Under the pieces are notes generated by a model. It was not told the DNA's origin, ran no database searches, and saw nothing but the letters and a program-made list of their open reading frames with translations. From Fibrobacteria bacterium (lineage in GTDB: Bacteria; Fibrobacterota; Fibrobacteria; UBA11236): a stretch of DNA of 29,983 nt. Both the position numbers and the translations under genes were made by a program. Where the stretch lies: the NCBI GenBank assembly GCA_043732185.1, contig JAYTHY010000079.1:1-29983 (forward strand). The letters are read 5' to 3'. Shown piece by piece: positions 28,151-29,983 of this stretch; within the stretch, counting starts at the first letter, position 1, and each line of letters begins with the position of its first letter.

Positions 28151-29776
28151 ATGTTCCCAACTTCGCATCAGGCCTCCCATTTGGTACCGTCCGATGCCCC
28201 CAATACACCTTCCTTTTGGGAAATTCTCGGAATAGTTTTGGCGTTGGCATTAGGCTGGCATTTTTTGGAATTGCGCATCTGTGGTGGTGGACTGCCCACC
28301 GGAGACGAAGGATCCTGGATTTCAGTAGCCAGTGAAATCGCCCATGGCCATGGATTTACGACCCGCTGGCTTGAAGCCCATTTTCTCTTGCCATATACGC
28401 TGCCACGTCCGGATGATTTTCGTTACCCGGTACTGACCTCACTCATAGCCCTCACCTTTAAAGTCTGGGGCTATTCAGTGGAAACGGCGCGCTGGACTGT
28501 AGCCTGTGTTTTTCTCCTTTTTTCATTAGCAACCTGGTCGGTAACCCGATATGCATTTGGACGATGGCCAGCTATGGCAGTCCTTTGGTTGACGGTATCT
28601 TCCCTGTTACAGCTGGAGTGGAACGCGGCCGTATATACGGAAGGCATGTTTGGCTTAGTTGTCACAGCCATTGTCGCTTGGTGCATATTTGGCGATCGCT
28701 CAACTGGAAAAACAAATGTCTTCGGCTTGGGGTCCTTGTATTGGTGGGCCATCCTTGGGCTTGGGATTGGATGTCTTTACTTGGTTAGAGTCAATGGTAT
28801 TTTATTTCTTCCCGGCGTATGTTGGCTTTATTGGTTGCGAAGGAAAATGCCGCTTACCTGGGTACATCCAGTGATAAGCATTCTAGCCTTCTGTGTGATG
28901 GTGGCCCCATGGCTGATCCGCACTCACATTATTTTTGGAAGTCCTTTCCATTTTGCCGGCTCTGGGGGCTTGCTGCGAGAACCTGGTCAATCACATACAA
29001 TGAGTATGTTCCAATATTTTTCCGGACACAATTTGCTTTTTCCATTCGAGCGCATTGGAGTAGGCCTTTTTCGTTTTTTCAAAACGTTACACTTTTATGA
29101 ACATGGATTGGAAACCATTCCTTTGTTGCTTGTCTTGGTGGCCGTGGCTTCCCGTCGAATGTTTTATAACCCACTTATTACCTTAGGCTTCCTGCTCACA
29201 TTTTTAGCTTCTGCCTACTCCGCTTACAATTCTTGGGCTGGGGTACGGTATATGTCGGGTTTAATGCCATTAATTTATGCCTATGGTTTTTCTGCCATCC
29301 CGGCGTCCTGGAATTCCAAGCGGATTCCATTCGTATTGGGGATTATTCTGCTATGGCTTCCGGTTTTTTATCCGCATCGATTTTATGAACGAAAATTCTC
29401 GGCTAGGATTGCCGCACAAGGAAACTATCCCTATCGTACTGAATTATCCGATCATCTTTCCCAGTTGGAGGCTCGCTTGCCAGCAGGAGGACATTACTAT
29501 GCAGCCTCATTATGCAATGTCAACTTTTTACTAGCGGATCGTTACTGTGTTGGATTGCAGGAACTATATGATCCCACTTGGTTTTCCAGGAGCCAAAAGG
29601 CTTTTCACCCCAGTTTAATTGTTCTTACCCATTCTGAAACGCAAGACTCAGTCATGCTTGCTGCATTTTCAAAAATGCGTTCCGAGGGATATGTTCCAGA
29701 TACTGTGAAAAATGGAAAATTAGCCGTTTACTTTTCCTTACATTCTGATTCGCTTGAAACGAAAAACGTTCCGTGA
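28151..29776 (+). CDS. GT-C fold membrane glycosyltransferase (ArnT/PMT-like)
   Basis: DE motif after TM1 (TGDEGSW), RYP.L, YTEGMF, LYLVRVNG, APWLIR, RYM..LMP; multiple TM helices; GGAG SD before ATG 28151. Confidence 0.82.
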   Translation: MFPTSHQASHLVPSDAPNTPSFWEILGIVLALALGWHFLELRICGGGLPTGDEGSWISVASEIAHGHGFTTRWLEAHFLLPYTLPRPDDFRYPVLTSLIALTFKVWGYSVETARWTVACVFLLFSLATWSVTRYAFGRWPAMAVLWLTVSSLLQLEWNAAVYTEGMFGLVVTAIVAWCIFGDRSTGKTNVFGLGSLYWWAILGLGIGCLYLVRVNGILFLPGVCWLYWLRRKMPLTWVHPVISILAFCVMVAPWLIRTHIIFGSPFHFAGSGGLLREPGQSHTMSMFQYFSGHNLLFPFERIGVGLFRFFKTLHFYEHGLETIPLLLVLVAVASRRMFYNPLITLGFLLTFLASAYSAYNSWAGVRYMSGLMPLIYAYGFSAIPASWNSKRIPFVLGIILLWLPVFYPHRFYERKFSARIAAQGNYPYRTELSDHLSQLEARLPAGGHYYAASLCNVNFLLADRYCVGLQELYDPTWFSRSQKAFHPSLIVLTHSETQDSVMLAAFSKMRSEGYVPDTVKNGKLAVYFSLHSDSLETKNVP

Positions 29777-29983
29777 ATATTTTATCTGTTATAGGTTCTT
29801 ATAAGCAATTACGCCTCAGCTTTAAAATTGTGGTCTCGCTAGCCTGTCTGGTAATGATTTGGATATGGATGGATCCGAACAAACTGAGTAAGGATTTGCA
29901 TGCGCTTTCAGCTTTTTATTTTGCAATTGCGGTATTTTTAAATCTGGGCCTAAAAGTTTTAAATGCAGCGAAAATATGGTTTC
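29773..29983 (+). CDS. 5' part of a membrane protein, probably LPG-synthase-TM/flippase-like (YbhN/AglD2 type); partial
   Basis: GTGA overlap with the GT gene; open to the window end: MNILSVIGSYKQLRLSFKIVVSLACLVMIWIWMDPNKLSKDLHALSAFYFAIAVFLNLGLKVLNAAKIWF. Confidence 0.55.
   Translation, partial: MNILSVIGSYKQLRLSFKIVVSLACLVMIWIWMDPNKLSKDLHALSAFYFAIAVFLNLGLKVLNAAKIWF

Noticed and set aside
1..29983. CRISPR arrays, IS elements, prophage, tRNA/rRNA, defence systems
   Set aside because: No regularly spaced repeats, transposase/integrase/nuclease motifs or structural RNA signatures were seen.

Overview
A 30 kb bacterial chromosomal window, densely coding, with no recognisable rRNA, tRNA, CRISPR array, transposase or integrase. 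Secreted proteins carry T9SS-like or short basic C-terminal tails, there is a DUF349 gene, and there is a TlpA/DUF6029/Omp28-like cluster. Together these suggest an FCB-superphylum organism, most plausibly Fibrobacterota (inference). Left to right: end of a DUF349 gene, a small membrane protein, a GH5 glycoside hydrolase, pgi, a TolC-MacA-split-MacB efflux operon, a putative OM barrel, a secreted tandem cyclophilin-like protein, a ThrE exporter, a three-gene envelope thiol-redox cluster, two lipoproteins (one a 1229-aa AT-rich Ig-stalk/propeller adhesin), an esterase-OM barrel pair, an SSS symporter, a frameshifted secreted-protein gene, an ABC exporter, a GT-C glycosyltransferase and the start of a flippase-like gene. 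Most notable: (1) a TlpA thioredoxin fused to an OM beta-barrel with a C-terminal CSGGSC, followed by two more CxxC proteins, which may form a redox relay across the outer membrane; (2) strong D-(S/T) enrichment in exported proteins, suggesting Bacteroidota-type O-glycosylation; (3) a double cyclophilin with a rewired active site and a T9SS-type tail; (4) a recurring TAnnTT-N6/7-ATG leaderless-type start signature; (5) a single-base frameshift in one gene and an in-frame stop ahead of tolC. Family assignments come from motifs recognised by eye, not from database searches.
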